63,738 nt of DNA, filler included, from Rhabdomonas costata (GCA_019059605.1; 50 parts of 50 records of this genome joined end to end with filler, not necessarily neighbours in it), one strand, 5' to 3'. Counted from the first letter of the whole stretch, positions 49,081 through 62,462 are shown. The notes: generated by a model from the letters alone, not told the origin. Numbers and translations: made by a program.

Positions 49081-52000
49081 TTCTGTGAGTGTTGAGGGGT
49101 TCCTATCTGCGATGCCCTTCTGTATTCCTACTGCGCATGGCTCCCTCGCTGCGCTCAGACCCATGCTTCGTGTCTTTACTGCTTCTTAAGTGCATGTTCT
49201 ACTCCGCTACGCCACGTGACTGTATGCTTTCTGTCGATCATGTAAGGCTATGTTCTTGCTGTGGCTACGCCCGGACGACGGAACGTACCACCTTATGGTG
49301 GGGAGCGACGGAGTGACACGTATACATGACATACTACTACGCATGATGCCCCTCCGTGACATCATGCTTCGTGTCTATGGTGGTGAAGAGACGCGGAGGA
49401 AGGATGCAAGGGTATAACCGATGAATCTTCATCTTCTAACGTCAGGATGTCATATCGTACCTCGATGCCATCCTTCCTTCTCAACTACTACGCATTATCG
49501 GTCCCTCGAATGCTCCAACTACATGTAGAACCCCGAAGTCCGAACCCATAACATCCTCAACTCGGGGACACTAAGCACTCACCAATGCATGAACTCAGAA
49601 CTCCAACCCCAGAACTCAGAACGCGAAGACAGAAATCCAACCCATCCCCCTGACGTCGAAGACGATCCCCCACCCGAATTTTTGGGACCAAACAACACCC
49701 CNNNNNNNNNNNNNNNNNNNNNNNNNNNNNNNNNNNNNNNNNNNNTTAATTAATTAANNNNNNNNNNNNNNNNNNNNNNNNNNNNNNNNNNNNNNNNNNN
49801 NGGGGTTTGGGATGTGTGCCAACAGATTGGATGCTCGATGCAAGCGACACTTGACCAGGTGAAGTTTTCCGTACCGGAAGGCTTTACGTGGTCACTGGGA
49901 GAAGTTGGTAGCGATGCCTCCCGGCGTCATGCTCCGAACTCTGCTTTGTTGGAGGCACACGTTTCCTCTGAAGCCCTCAAAGGGTTCATCGAGGGCGGCT
50001 TCAAGCGGGAATCGGGAAAAACAAATTGAACCCTTCCCTCCAAGCCCTTTGTCGGAACGTAATTCCAGCGTCAATTTCTGGATACATTGGACACTTCACA
50101 CGGTGGTGGTGGTCGTTGATCTTGACTACGACGAATGGCGAGTGGAAGCTGTGGCTGAGATTATTAGATCTTGAAAATCTCTTTTGGGTGTGAGTGAAAC
50201 TCAAGGTAGCTGACAGTCAGCCGCTGTTTGACCAGACGAGAAGACGAGATGATTTTGCTTCCACACGGTGATGACGTGGCTCGGAACTTGTGACAGACTC
50301 TGCTGAGAGAATGTGGAGATTCACAGGCAGGGAGGTTTGAGATGGAGGTTGGGGAACCGCTTCCAAAATTCCTCGGTGGCTGAATCACGTGTTGCCTGGT
50401 TGTGTGCGACCCCCCCGTTTTCGAAGTGTATCTGTTTACGATGATTCTTGTCGGTTTCGCATTTTGATGGTTTTTCCTAGTGATATGGAGTAAGTTTTGG
50501 TCTGCACATCTTTCACCAGCAGCTGGCCTTTTGGCGGACATGCAAAAGGAAATAGCCCTTATGGGAATACCCAAGCTCGGAAGCAACTTTCAGGTTTCTG
50601 GAACGCCTCCGTAGACCGATTTGCCCAATGTTCCAGAACTCCAGAAGAAGAATTTCTCACAAAACCCCAGTTAGCCCCATAACAACGTAAACGTTGTCGT
50701 AAACGACACTCTTGGGAAGCAGTGCTATCCGTTTGGTAGGATGCCAAATATTTATGTGCAGTGAGAGTGGGAGAGCACAGATGGAGTTTGGTGCATCACA
50801 AAGCACGAGAATGAAAGTGGGACTGTGCGCCGAGAGGGGCGTGGGACAGCTAATGAACGCGAATAGCAGTTGACGTTGTTAACCCTGAACAAACTAATTA
50901 TTGATGTTGTTGGTATTAGTGCATTATCATTCATTACGAATATCTATGTCTGGGAAGTTGGACTAATACCACCCAACCNNNNNNNNNNNNNNNNNNNNNN
51001 NNNNNNNNNNNNNNNNNNNNNNTTAATTAATTAANNNNNNNNNNNNNNNNNNNNNNNNNNNNNNNNNNNNNNNNNNNNCACAGGAAACATTCATATAACT
51101 GCTTCCGTCCTTGAGCACCATCCTCTCCACATCCGTCACCATCGCTTTCACTTTCACAACTCCAACTTTTTTGAGTGTGTGGGCCATCTTTTTCTAGGGC
51201 TGGGCCATCTTGTTTTTACTCACTCCCTCTTTCATTCTTCCATTCGCTCCATCATTTACATCATATTTCTATTGTCATTTTTCCTCTCCTTTTTTACTTT
51301 CTTTGCATCTCTCCTCATCATTCTTTCATGCGCTGGATCCCACTTTGCTCCTTTGCTGCTGTATATACCATGCTGATAGTTATAGTTCGCGTGGCCGGTC
51401 TTGGATTATTCTCGAGGAAGACTATTACACAACTGCATAGTTGGTGATGATGGTGTGTAGGGGAGCGTGGCAGGCACACCCACATGGACTTCGCCAGATA
51501 GGGCGCACGGGCTCCATTAATACTGGGTGGACACTTTAAATCTCACGCGCTAAGGCTGGAAAGCTGGGTCCATATCCATGGAACTGAACGGTACTGAGCG
51601 GAGACCTAACATGAATATCACAATTCGAGATAGAGTTGGGGGCTCATATTTGGTGGATGGTAGTACTCATGAGATGAGGTGGTCCGCGTCCAGTAAGTGT
51701 GTATGTTTTCTGGGAACATGTCATGTTTTTTATTCGCGGTTGGTTACATTCTATTTTATTCTCATTGCCCCAAGTCAAAAAGGCACTTGAAGGCCACGTA
51801 GTCCTTCGCTATACCGAGTCCTATGACATCCCGTGCCATTTAAAGGGCATTTTTGACTAAGCCGCTTTTGCCAGGCTGGTTAGATCATTGTGTGGAACTT
51901 AAATGCACTCATACTGAGCCTAATCTTTCCGCATGGCCTGCTTAGCATAACTAAGCGTGCACATTAGAAGCGCTGCATCCTTGGCATTGGTTGGCCTTTG

Positions 52001-52834
52001 TGCTTGCATTCCAGAAGAAAAATACCCATCTTGTAAGTTTGCGCCAGAACAGCAAAATTGTGTCTGCCACATCTTGAAAACCAAGATGTTTATGGCCAAC
52101 TCAAGCACTCTTCTCCATCCATATGCATGGGGGCCACAGGAAACCGCATATTTATCTCACCCATCTTGGTATGCACAGCTAGCGATTGCCAGTTCTGGAA
52201 TAAAACTTACAAGATGGGTATTTTTCTTCTGGAATGCAAACAAAAACCNNNNNNNNNNNNNNNNNNNNNNNNNNNNNNNNNNNNNNNNNNNNTTAATTAA
52301 TTAANNNNNNNNNNNNNNNNNNNNNNNNNNNNNNNNNNNNNNNNNNNNTTTGTGGGTGTCTAGACCTAAGGGGTACCCTACCTCAGCTTGACATCAGGAC
52401 CACCAGGGGGTGCAGGAACTCGGGGGCATGGTCTTGGTGGGTCGCAGGGTCCCTCTGGTCACCGGTCACCGTGTGACCTAAGCTCACCAGTTGTTGGTGG
52501 CCTCATCCGTATGTTCCCGTATTGCCAGGCGTACCTGAAATAGCTCGTTCGGACTACTGCTTGCTCAAGGAGCTCTCAACGGCTTCTGCGGACGGTTGGA
52601 ACTAGAGAGCGGCTTCTGAAGGGTACACACCACAGGTCTTTCGTGTCGCGTGTCGGGTTTCGTGGTTTCGGGTTCTGTCTCTGTCTCATGTACTTGCTGT
52701 AGGCTATTCCTATGTCGATGGGTAAGGTGTCCGGGGCTGGGTTCCGTTGTTTCTCTGGTGGACTTCGGTGTGATACTCAGGTGCTGCTCAACTGTCTCGT
52801 TTGCCTTCCTACCCTCCGACACCCAATTTAAGAA

Positions 52835-53345
52835 TCGCACGACACCACCAACCACGACACCAACCACGCCATCAGCCCCAACAACAAGCACACCATCATC
52901 GCCATCGCCACTGACCCACTGACCCAGTAACACCGACCCCACAACCCACCACAGACCCCACACACCAACGCATAGAGACAGAGACAGAGACAGACACCAG
53001 CCACAGACACCATCGCCAAGCACCAGCACCCAACACCAACACCCAAGGCAACGCACACCACCACACCCTCAGCCTTGACACCCTGACAACGACACCCGAT
53101 TAGCCCAACACCCAACGCCACAGACCCCAACTGCGACACCGACTCCAACCCAACCAGCATCAGCACCAACCCCCAACAACGACTCCGACACAGAACCCTA
53201 ACTCCGACTCCTAACCCTACAGCATACCCTACAGCATACCATAGAATACAAGAAGAACGCACGCACACACGAATTAAAGGCCCAAACCAACAACGCGATA
53301 CCAAACCCCACACCGACACCCGAACCCACACGCACACCTAAAGGC
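52835..53345 (+). repeat. C/A-rich low-complexity tract
   Basis: Dominated by acacc, caac and gacac words, with a short (agagac)n run. Confidence 0.8.
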
Positions 53346-56300
53346 CAACACACGGAATCCGATACCAGCGCCTGGATACAAACTTGGGAGCACAAAGCTG
53401 GACAGGAAGGAGAAGCATGAAGACACGAAACCCTGAGAGCGGACGCAACATCGGAATACGCAATGAAACCACAAGGCATGAAACCGTGACCAGAACCACA
53501 AAGCTCAGCGCACTAACCGGAGAACNNNNNNNNNNNNNNNNNNNNNNNNNNNNNNNNNNNNNNNNNNNNTTAATTAATTAANNNNNNNNNNNNNNNNNNN
53601 NNNNNNNNNNNNNNNNNNNNNNNNNGGTTTGGTGGAGAAGTCAGCGTGGGATAGCCGGTTTCTCATACGAGAGGTTTCAGAAAGAGCGTTTCAGGAGCAG
53701 AGGCGGTCAAGCTGAAGCGCAGTTTCGAGCAGAGTGCTTGCAGCAAAGGCGGCGGAAAAAAAGGAGAAGGCGCGGGAGGACGGAGCTGAGGAACGCTGTG
53801 CCAGAGGACGCCGTTGAGGAGGATAAGGCCGCGTATCAGAGCACAGAGCGAGTTGGCCGCGCAGGAGAAGTTGAGCCATAAGGTCCTGGAAAGCAGCCCC
53901 GGGTGGACGTGCAGGAGGCGGCGGGTTGAAGCAGCAAGGCCACTGCCAGCAGCGCCAGCTGAGGAGGAGCGCAGTGGAATCCTGGTGCGGGACGGCGCGT
54001 GGACGAAAAGAAGCAGAGCGGGATGAAGAGCAGGAGAAGAACAACCCCGCGACAGCAGAGCAGAGGAGAGGCATCCACAAGTTGAGGTCAGCACAAAGAA
54101 AAAGTGGAAAGGAGAGCAGCCCTAGCCAATGGAAGGGAAAAGCGAGAAGTAGGGAGCAAGAGCATATAACAGGATACAGAAAAGTGTGAAAAAGGATGCC
54201 GAAGCGGAGGGACAGCGATAAGAAAGGACAAAAGGGAGGGATCAAAAAGAGAAGCAAAAGAGCCAGCACTACCAGCAGTCAAAAAGGCGGAGTCAAAAAG
54301 CCAAGTGAAAGAGAAGCCAGGAGAAAAGGGAACGGCAGCCAAAGAAAGAAGTGGAGTTTTCAGAAGATTGCAGCTTTGTAAGATGAATGAATGCAAGGGG
54401 AAGAGAAAGCAGCAGAGAAATCGAGATGAGAGGCAGTTTTTAAAAAGGAGCGCCGGAGGCTCAGTACGAAACTGGGAACGGCGAAAAAGATTCGAATCGT
54501 AAGCGATGAGTGCCGCGTTCGAGTCCAGCGGGGCCTCTTTCAGCGAGTTTTTCAGGAGGGGAAGGTAAAAAGAATTTCCCAAGATCCCGAAAGGGATTGA
54601 AAAATGAATGATTTCATGCCGCTAAGCATTTGCATTTTTTAAGTGTTGAGTTTCTCGAGTGCTATGCGGTTTCCATGGATTTCCGGCCGAGGATAAATGA
54701 AGGAGAAATTCTTACCTGAAGCCAAAGCAACGCAGAAGCAAGCAAACGTGTTCATCACTTTTGCCACAACCGCCCGCACGCCTGGCCAGAAGTTTCGGGG
54801 ACNNNNNNNNNNNNNNNNNNNNNNNNNNNNNNNNNNNNNNNNNNNNTTAATTAATTAANNNNNNNNNNNNNNNNNNNNNNNNNNNNNNNNNNNNNNNNNN
54901 NNTTGTTTTTGGGTCTTTCTTTCGTTTTTGCTCTTTTCTTTGCTTGCTTTCGGGAATGCACTTGGAAGGTCCAAGCTGCTGTGAAGAGGACCTCACGTGC
55001 AGTGGCGCACCGCGTGTGTTCTTCGAAGCCTCCGCGCCCCCCGTCATCCCCGCCGCCCTCTCCGTACTCCTGCTGACACGCTGTCAAGTACTTTGCCCAT
55101 TCGTGCTCCTCCCATGCTCCGCATGGGTCTCTGTCTGCGTTTTCCCGCACGCGTGTGTGCCTGCGAGCGCCAAGCCGGGCCTGGTATCATCGATAGAACG
55201 GAGGAAGTGTATCTGTGCGTGGGGGTAGTTCTGTGCAGGGCAATGGTCCGGTGTGTGGTGCAACATCATCAGGGGTTGTGCACAGGTCGGGCATGGGTTA
55301 CCTGGTTTTCCATGGGTTACCTCACAAGGGGTGTACAACAAATCTTGACCCCCCCCCTCTTCCTTCGTATCTTTGGTGGGAATCGCTTGTAGTTGTGGTG
55401 TTTTTCGCTTCCACTGCCGTGCGCTCGTATCTATGGCTGTGAGAGATTCAGAAGGTGTTTCTCGGGAGAGAGACGAGCGAGTGTTAATCAGGGCATCCAC
55501 CCGACGAGTGTGAGGGCACCGCCTCTTCCTATTCGGATGCTCACCAAAACTCCCTACTCCCCCATTCTCTTCCTTGGTCGTTGATCTTGGGCGAGGAGCG
55601 GAGAGGCAGGCTGCGGGCTAGCAAGGGAATGTGCCGGGGGCGCCTCCCCCGGCATTTTTCGCTCGCGATGGCCAAATCCATTCCTCCACACATACGCTCC
55701 CACATACGATGTCTTCGGCTGGCGCCGCCGCCGCTGCCAAAGAAACGTATTGCTTAACGTATAGCTTCTCCTGCAATCGGGGTCAGACGGCCTTCCTTAT
55801 TTCGGATTAGAGTGTGCGCGCGAGCACACAGACATACTCCAAGAAACAAACGCTTTCGAGCGACCGCGCGCATACCACCTACACTGACGTCCCTTCGGAC
55901 CGCTTCCCGGCAGGCGGGCTGTTCTGGACCCCCTCCTCTACCTCTGCCCCTCCAAAAGCCTTAGATTTTCGCCGTACGTGGACGCGTAGGGTACGATGAC
56001 AAAGTGTCCGTTAGCCCACGGAGTGATTGTGCGTTTTCTTTTTGGCTTTGTGGCTTGTTTACTGTGGATCCACAAAAACNNNNNNNNNNNNNNNNNNNNN
56101 NNNNNNNNNNNNNNNNNNNNNNNTTAATTAATTAANNNNNNNNNNNNNNNNNNNNNNNNNNNNNNNNNNNNNNNNNNNNTGTTGGGTGTGTTGGGTGGGG
56201 TTGTTTTTGTGGATGTTGTGCCGTTCATTTTTGGTGCATGTGTGTATTGCTTTTGTGACCCCTGGTCTGAGATTGGCTGCGATACTGCTTGAGTTGTGAT

Positions 56301-57647
56301 GGCTGTTAATTAGGTTCCCCCTCCCACCCCACTCACATCTCTTTTTCCCATGCGTGTAGTTGTTGGATCCGTCTTTTGGATTGGGGAGGCAAGTTATGGT
56401 TGAATTGCAGCAAAACTTTCAAAGTCATCCTCCCCTCCCCGGACAAGACTTAATTGTCATCTCCTTCCCAACTTCAGCTGCCAAGCAGATCGCCTCCGAG
56501 CACCCATATACACACTAAAGCCTCTCCCTTTCCTGTACAGCAGTCTGTAGCCTCCACGAACTTGTCCTGAGTGAGGAAACAAATTGATTGACACTGCCAT
56601 TTTGTGTGCTGTCTGTAAACCTTAAGCAGTGAAGTAAACGCGACATATTGTGATGTCATCTGCTGTCACAACCGTTTAACGGTTGCTTTGCAGTGTCACC
56701 CGCGATTTCGCCCCTTCCAGCCGAGTTTTGGCTGTTCGGGTCACAATGTCCATCCGCAACATTTTCGCCTCCCAATACAGTTGTTCTTGCCAACATTCAG
56801 CGAACGCGGGATTCGGTATGTGTTGCTGTTTGGTTCTTCGGAGCAGATTGCCTCGAACTTCAAGTGACCAAATTGTCAGATTACCTGTCCTCCCACCGTC
56901 CTGCCGCACAAAGAGTGGTTTGGGTCCGCCACATCATACACGGTTTTGCCCGTTGTTTGCCTTTCAGGTGTGTGAGCCTAGAGTGTTTACCTCCAGCAGT
57001 GTGGTTTTTTTGAAATGACGAAGACTTTGTCGCGCCGTAATTCACAGCCCACTGGTGAAGTCCGAAGCCCTTTGGAAGCCTTGTTCTTTCCAGAGTACTC
57101 GCCAAAGCGCAGGGCCTTCATCCGTTCGGTGTGCCCTGCTTGGGTAGGGGACATTTTGTGTATACCACAGGAGGGGTTTCTTAACATTTTTAACATTCGA
57201 TGGATTATCAGACTGTATCCAATATATTGTTCGTACGAAGTATAGGACTGACTCCCAACCATGATCCGTGTTACGTGAATCACCGCGAAACAGCCGAATT
57301 TACCCTCCGCACAACGCCTCAGCCACCACCACCACAACCAACACCCAAACACACAANNNNNNNNNNNNNNNNNNNNNNNNNNNNNNNNNNNNNNNNNNNN
57401 TTAATTAATTAANNNNNNNNNNNNNNNNNNNNNNNNNNNNNNNNNNNNNNNNNNNNGGGTTGTGGTTATGTTTGATTGTTTCCATCACTGTGCCTGCGAT
57501 CATCTGCCGGTCATTGTTCACATGAATACTGGGGGCAGGGCGGATCTTGTTGGCATACGATGCATTTGGCTTTGCCAAGGGAATGGATGGCCTGAAGTGG
57601 ATGAGGCACTGAAGGGTACCTGGAATATGTGTGATCCCCTTGTTTAG

Positions 57648-58500
57648 GCTCCGCGATTGCCGCTGTGGTGAATCCCCAGCGCGGGGACATGGTGGCCACG
57701 CTGGGCGAGGTTTTATGCCGTCTCACCATATTTGATTAACGCATTTCATATTATTTTGTGTTAATCTCTATGTCTAAGGGGCTTAACTAAACCCCTAGGC
57801 CACATCTGTTCTTTTTTGTGCTGCTGTGCTAGTTTCGGCTGATTCCTCGAGACCTTCTCGTTTTTCACACTTCTCTACAACTCACGCCTTTTACTTCCTC
57901 TTTCCCTCCTTTTTGCCCATCTTGTTGCTGGCGCTCTTGTGCAGACGACCGGGCTTTGCGCCCTGCAGCGGATGCGTCAGGACATGCTCAACCATGAGGT
58001 AGTCTGCTCCGATTCTCTGTTTGGTTAAGTTTTTGTTGTCCTTTTCGAGGTTGGGTTGGAAGTCCCGCAGGTTCTCTCTCTCTTTGCCTTGGCTTTGGAT
58101 GTTCACTGCTTTTCTTGCCTGCTCGGCAGGAACCATACCCTGCCAGCACTACAGCTGCAACAAATTTTTTTGAAGTGGTTGCTCACTTCGTAAACATGTG
58201 CCCAGGTTTCTCACACCATAAGCCCCCACGACATTTTAATGGGACTCCACTTTCCATCACGAGCACGCTCTTTGAAGACAATCACGGCGCTGTCAGCGGG
58301 GTGGTTGGGTGGATACTAATTTTCAGTAGCCATTCTTTTTGCTGGTTCTGCTACATCCGTGCCCTGTTGCTGATTTGTTTCCACCTTGGCATGCTTGTGG
58401 TGCGCACGAACGCAGACGGGGCGGCAAATCCTCTTTGATCGTCCTGTGGTCACCTCAACCGAGAACTTCAGCGTAGCCAAGCTGCTGACTTATGAGGAGG
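57648..58500 (+). CDS. COQ4: Ubiquinone biosynthesis protein COQ4, three exons (57648-57709, 57945-57998, 58416-58500)
   Basis: Not in the ORF track. Splicing gives GSAIAAVVNPQRGDMVATLGE|TTGLCALQRMRQDMLNHE|TGRQILFDRPVVTSTENFSVAKLLTYEEG, matching Coq4 P.R.DMVA.LGETTG...L..LR..M....G..IL..RP. Both introns are GT-AG and in phase. Confidence 0.92.
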
Positions 58501-58737
58501 GTTAGTTTGTGCAGTTTGTACTGCACTTCGTCTTCACTCCAACCCAAGAACGCGCCTATTCTTAATTCGGCGGTTGGTTCAGCGTTTTTATTTTCCCCAC
58601 CTTAAAAGCGCTGTTTAAACTAAGACTAGTCTNNNNNNNNNNNNNNNNNNNNNNNNNNNNNNNNNNNNNNNNNNNNTTAATTAATTAANNNNNNNNNNNN
58701 NNNNNNNNNNNNNNNNNNNNNNNNNNNNNNNNGGGGG

Positions 58738-58842
58738 TGTGTCCTACGCCCTTCTCGGGGTCCCTGTTGTTCACCTCCGCGCGGTTCCGGCCTGTTTTCG
58801 CGGAGCAGAACAACAGGGACCCCGAGAAGGGCGTAGGACACA
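58738..58842. repeat. Fold-back inverted repeat at the contig start (amplification chimera)
   Basis: The first ~35 nt are the exact reverse complement of coding sequence at about 58809-58842. Confidence 0.9.
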
Positions 58843-59369
58843 GCCTCCAGACCTACATGGTATGGGCAGAGAAGGTGTCTTTTGTGCAAAGGGCTGTGGA
58901 GAGCAACCCTTTCCGGTCCTCATGCTTCTACTGGATCGACGCCGGCACCTTCAGAGGCGGGCCCATGGGTGACGATCACCGCAGGCTTTGGCCCTCACCC
59001 CGGATTTGTAACGCGGACCCTGCTCACATGCTGCTGTTCTATGTGAACCCGGGGTACATCTCTGAACCGTGCTATTCCCAGGAGAGCCTTCCCTTCTTTC
59101 CGATCTGCTTTGGCACCACCAATGTGATTGCGGGCTTTTGGGGGGGCCGGGCGGCGCCCTTTCTGAGGTTTCGGGAGCTCTACCTGGAAAGGCTACATCT
59201 TTGGGCCAGCCAGGGAGTGTTCATTGGGAAGGAGCAGAACGTCTACGCCTATGTGGCCCGGAGGAACCCCGAGGTGGTTCGGCTGGTGCCGGCGAACTGG
59301 CAGTGGTTTATCTTCCACGACTTCATGATGAATTCCTCTGAGGCGGCTGGAAAAGTGTATGGGTGGTAG
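58770..59369 (+). CDS. HtrL/YibB-like putative glycosyltransferase, intron-free C-terminal ~200 aa
   Basis: Q...DPEK...HS...Y.VWAEKVSFVQRAVESNPFRSSCFYWIDAGTFR...AGFWGG...GVFIGKEQNV...WF. Bases upstream of about 58770 are a fold-back artefact. Confidence 0.8.
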   Translation, partial: FTSARFRPVFAEQNNRDPEKGVGHSLQTYMVWAEKVSFVQRAVESNPFRSSCFYWIDAGTFRGGPMGDDHRRLWPSPRICNADPAHMLLFYVNPGYISEPCYSQESLPFFPICFGTTNVIAGFWGGRAAPFLRFRELYLERLHLWASQGVFIGKEQNVYAYVARRNPEVVRLVPANWQWFIFHDFMMNSSEAAGKVYGW

Positions 59370-59783
59370 ATCTTTACGAGGCCCTTTCCAATGAAGTTGC
59401 GTGAAGGAGCTGCCATGTAGTCAGCTGACTTTTGTGTTCTGGATGTGAGCTCCACCTGCTCGTTGTTTTGGTGTAATGAGAATAGCACAATGGGAACTTT
59501 CTTATTGGGCATCTTTGGACTGCTTTTGCCTTCTTTCACGTGTTTCAGACCCCCAGCCCCTGGTGCCTACCTTCTCTAGTTCCACGTTGACTTGTATGAG
59601 GATACTGGAAGCTTCTGCGTATGCTTCTGCGGTGAGTCATTACTTTCGTCGGTGCCACAGAAGTTGCGTAAGAAGTACCCAGCTGCAAAATTTGGGTGAA
59701 GGTATGACTTTTCCAAAAGCTGCACCTAAATTATGAATTTTATCTCCTGGCGTGGAAGGAGTTGCAATGCAGACTCATGTGGT

Positions 59784-59909
59784 TATCTCAACCTATGTGT
59801 CTTCGTTTTTTTTCCGTCATCAAAAGCAAAGTTCACGTGTCAGCAATTGCTGACACGTGAACTTTGCTTTTGATGACGGAAAAAAAACGAAGACACATAG
59901 GTTGAGATA
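59784..59909. repeat. Perfect 126-bp loopless palindrome at the contig end (probable artefact)
   Basis: Centred on cagcaattgctg and extends exactly to the contig end. Confidence 0.95.
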
Positions 59910-61285
59910 NNNNNNNNNNNNNNNNNNNNNNNNNNNNNNNNNNNNNNNNNNNNTTAATTAATTAANNNNNNNNNNNNNNNNNNNNNNNNNNNNNNNNNNN
60001 NNNNNNNNNCTGTGTCGGTACTTCAGGTCGACCTCGGAGGGTTCCACTCACTGCTGGGCGAGGAGGAGACCGCGATGGTCGCGACACACACCGCTTTAGT
60101 CCAGGCTGCAAGCGACGTAATTCCGCCGTCTTCCCCCCCCCTTCCACTATAGCTTTTTTGAACAGTGCATTTCATTGTGTATGTGGGTGGTGACGAGCAG
60201 TTTTCTTTTTAGAGAAACGTGCATTGGAAAAATGGTGACCCCGTAATGCCTAGACACAACTTCTCTGGTGTAGCATGGGTCAGCACGGTGCAACGGCAAT
60301 TCGGTAAACCGCACGATGAAAGCACCATGAGATAGAAAAACAAGGGGGAACAACAGGGCCCTATGCACATTCTTAGAAAATATGGCAAGGGGACTTGCAA
60401 AGACTGAAAGAAGACAAAACGTAGACCGAGAGCGAAGGGGTCAAAGGGGATAACTATGCCCAGGTGAACAATGATGAAGCAAGGGGGGCCAGAATATAAG
60501 AGGAAAGGGAAGGGTAACATAGCGGAGCTCGTGTGGAGCAAGAAGACAACTGCAAGAGGAGCGCGGAGAGGGCAAAAACAAAAGAAACATGCATTATGTG
60601 TCGGGCGAAATGTATTTTTGTTTGTGTGGGTTCATCTGTTTTGTTTGTTTTTAGTTTTCATTTCGCTGCCATTGATTTGCAGTGTGCGTCAATGTCCTTT
60701 TCCCTCACCTCTACGGGTGTGTGGGAGCAGGGGCGTGGGCTCAAGCCCGAAGGAGGAGCTCCTTCTGTGAGCAGTGCCCTGCAAGCACTTGGAACTTGTA
60801 CATCGTGAGTCAGTGAACCCCCTTCCCCCACGCCCCACACCTGCGTGTGGGTGCGGCAGTGGTTTTTTTTTTGGTTTGTCTCGTCGTTTTGCTTTTCTTT
60901 GCCAGTGAACTGCCGGCACCCCGCCTGGCGGGTGTGCTTGGCCCCGGAGGGCTTGTTCCCGGAGGGGTAGGTGGGTGCTGTAAATAAGCCTAAATAATCT
61001 CCTAATTGATTAATTGATCGATTCTTTAAGCAAGCCCAAGATATATTACAAGAAATTACCATCGCTCAGCGTCGTCACTGTGTGCTTGCCTGCCCACAGG
61101 CCATCCAAGCCAACGCAGGGCTGTCCAGCCCCATCCTCGGGGACAAGGTGCTGGCATTTTGGAACGTTCGGTCGCAGCGCTCGGANNNNNNNNNNNNNNN
61201 NNNNNNNNNNNNNNNNNNNNNNNNNNNNNTTAATTAATTAANNNNNNNNNNNNNNNNNNNNNNNNNNNNNNNNNNNNNNNNNNNN

Positions 61286-62462
61286 GTTTTGTGGCCGTCG
61301 AGTCTTTGAAATCTTTCATGTGCGAACACGCTTCTTGGCAGTGCACCAGCCGACCCATCAACACGCCCCCGAGCTGCTGAGGAGGGGCCACCGTACCGAG
61401 TTCAGGGTACAGAACGATATGGTAGGGGTAAGCCTCCTCCAGGTCGTAGACGGTGATGTGGACTTCTTTTGTCCCGTCCGCTTTGGTGTCGAAGTACACG
61501 TTGAAACCCAGGTACACCACCGAGTTCCATTCTCCGGTGACCTTGTAGTCCATGCCGTAATATTCCGGCGCTGGAAGAGGCACACCTGCCGTGTACAGGT
61601 CGTCTATGTACCGAGATACGGCATCCGATCTTCCCGGGACTAGGTTGTAGGCGTGCTTCTTTTCCACTGGGTAACAAGCCAAGTTGGCGATTTGAGGCGC
61701 GGCTGGCATACCCATTTGCATTACCATGATTTGGAAGCGTACCAGGCCTCCGTTGTACGTGTAGTTGTTGGTAATGAGGTATGCAAGAAAGTCGACAGCC
61801 CGCTCCTCGGTGAAGCCATTACCAGCGAAATTAAAACCGCACGCGCTCAACCGGAGATGCTGAGGCTGTTCACTGTCGACTTCCAGGGGACGGTTCACGG
61901 CCTGCTCGTGCTCAAAGGCTTCCCGAATGGATTCCTTGACGTTGTTGATCATCGTTGTGAAAGGAAAGGATGTGTACATGGTGCAGAAGTCCGCCTTCTT
62001 CTGCCCATGCTCGAGGACTTTATCTTTTGAGGTTCTCACCATTCGCGTAAACGCTCCGACACTGTCTATCCCCCAAAACGCTTTGATGCCTTCATCCCCT
62101 TGGCGCTGCTTGTCCTTCTCCTTGAGGGTTTTCTCCACTGCCTGCAGCAGGCGAACGGGGATCTTGTGGGATTCGAATAGCTGTTGCCGAGGTGGACCAG
62201 GGTTGCGCTCTTTGCCGGGCTGGGCGGGTTTGGATCTGGTTCCAGCAATAAATCGGAACTTCTTCTTTGTCGGCTTCAAAATGCCTTAGTTGTACACCAC
62301 GCCATCCCAGTGCTGTGCGGAAGCCCCAGTTCGAGTTGAAGTCGATTGCCTTGCAATCCACGTACTTCAGGTCATGGTGTCGCATGGCTCGAAGACCTTG
62401 TTGTCCGAGAGGTACCTGGCCATTTCCTGTTGGTACCGGCGCTTGCAGACGACCACCCACCA
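61286..62462 (-). mobile_element. Penelope-like element (PLE) reverse transcriptase, mildly degraded
   Basis: VCKRRY...KKFRFIAG, ADFCTMYTSFP, NNY....FQ...MGMPAAPQIANL, RYIDD, VVYLG, VYD....PYHIVLYP...GVLMGRL...CS...F follow the PLE RT and thumb motif series. Stops occur upstream of 62279. Confidence 0.85.

Noticed and set aside
53640..54500. Purine-rich tract with E/K/R/A-rich partial frames and antisense L/S/F-rich ORFs
   Set aside because: Frequent stops in all plus frames and no motif; it may be a decayed coiled-coil gene but cannot be supported.
54950..55320. CPTC...H...HCP and AAWTF on the minus strand, like a non-LTR retrotransposon C-terminus
   Set aside because: The motifs are in different frames and no RT is present; insufficient evidence.
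57891..58438. ORF-track entries 57891-58136 (-) and 58115-58438 (+)
   Set aside because: They lie over COQ4 introns and exons in the wrong strand or frame.
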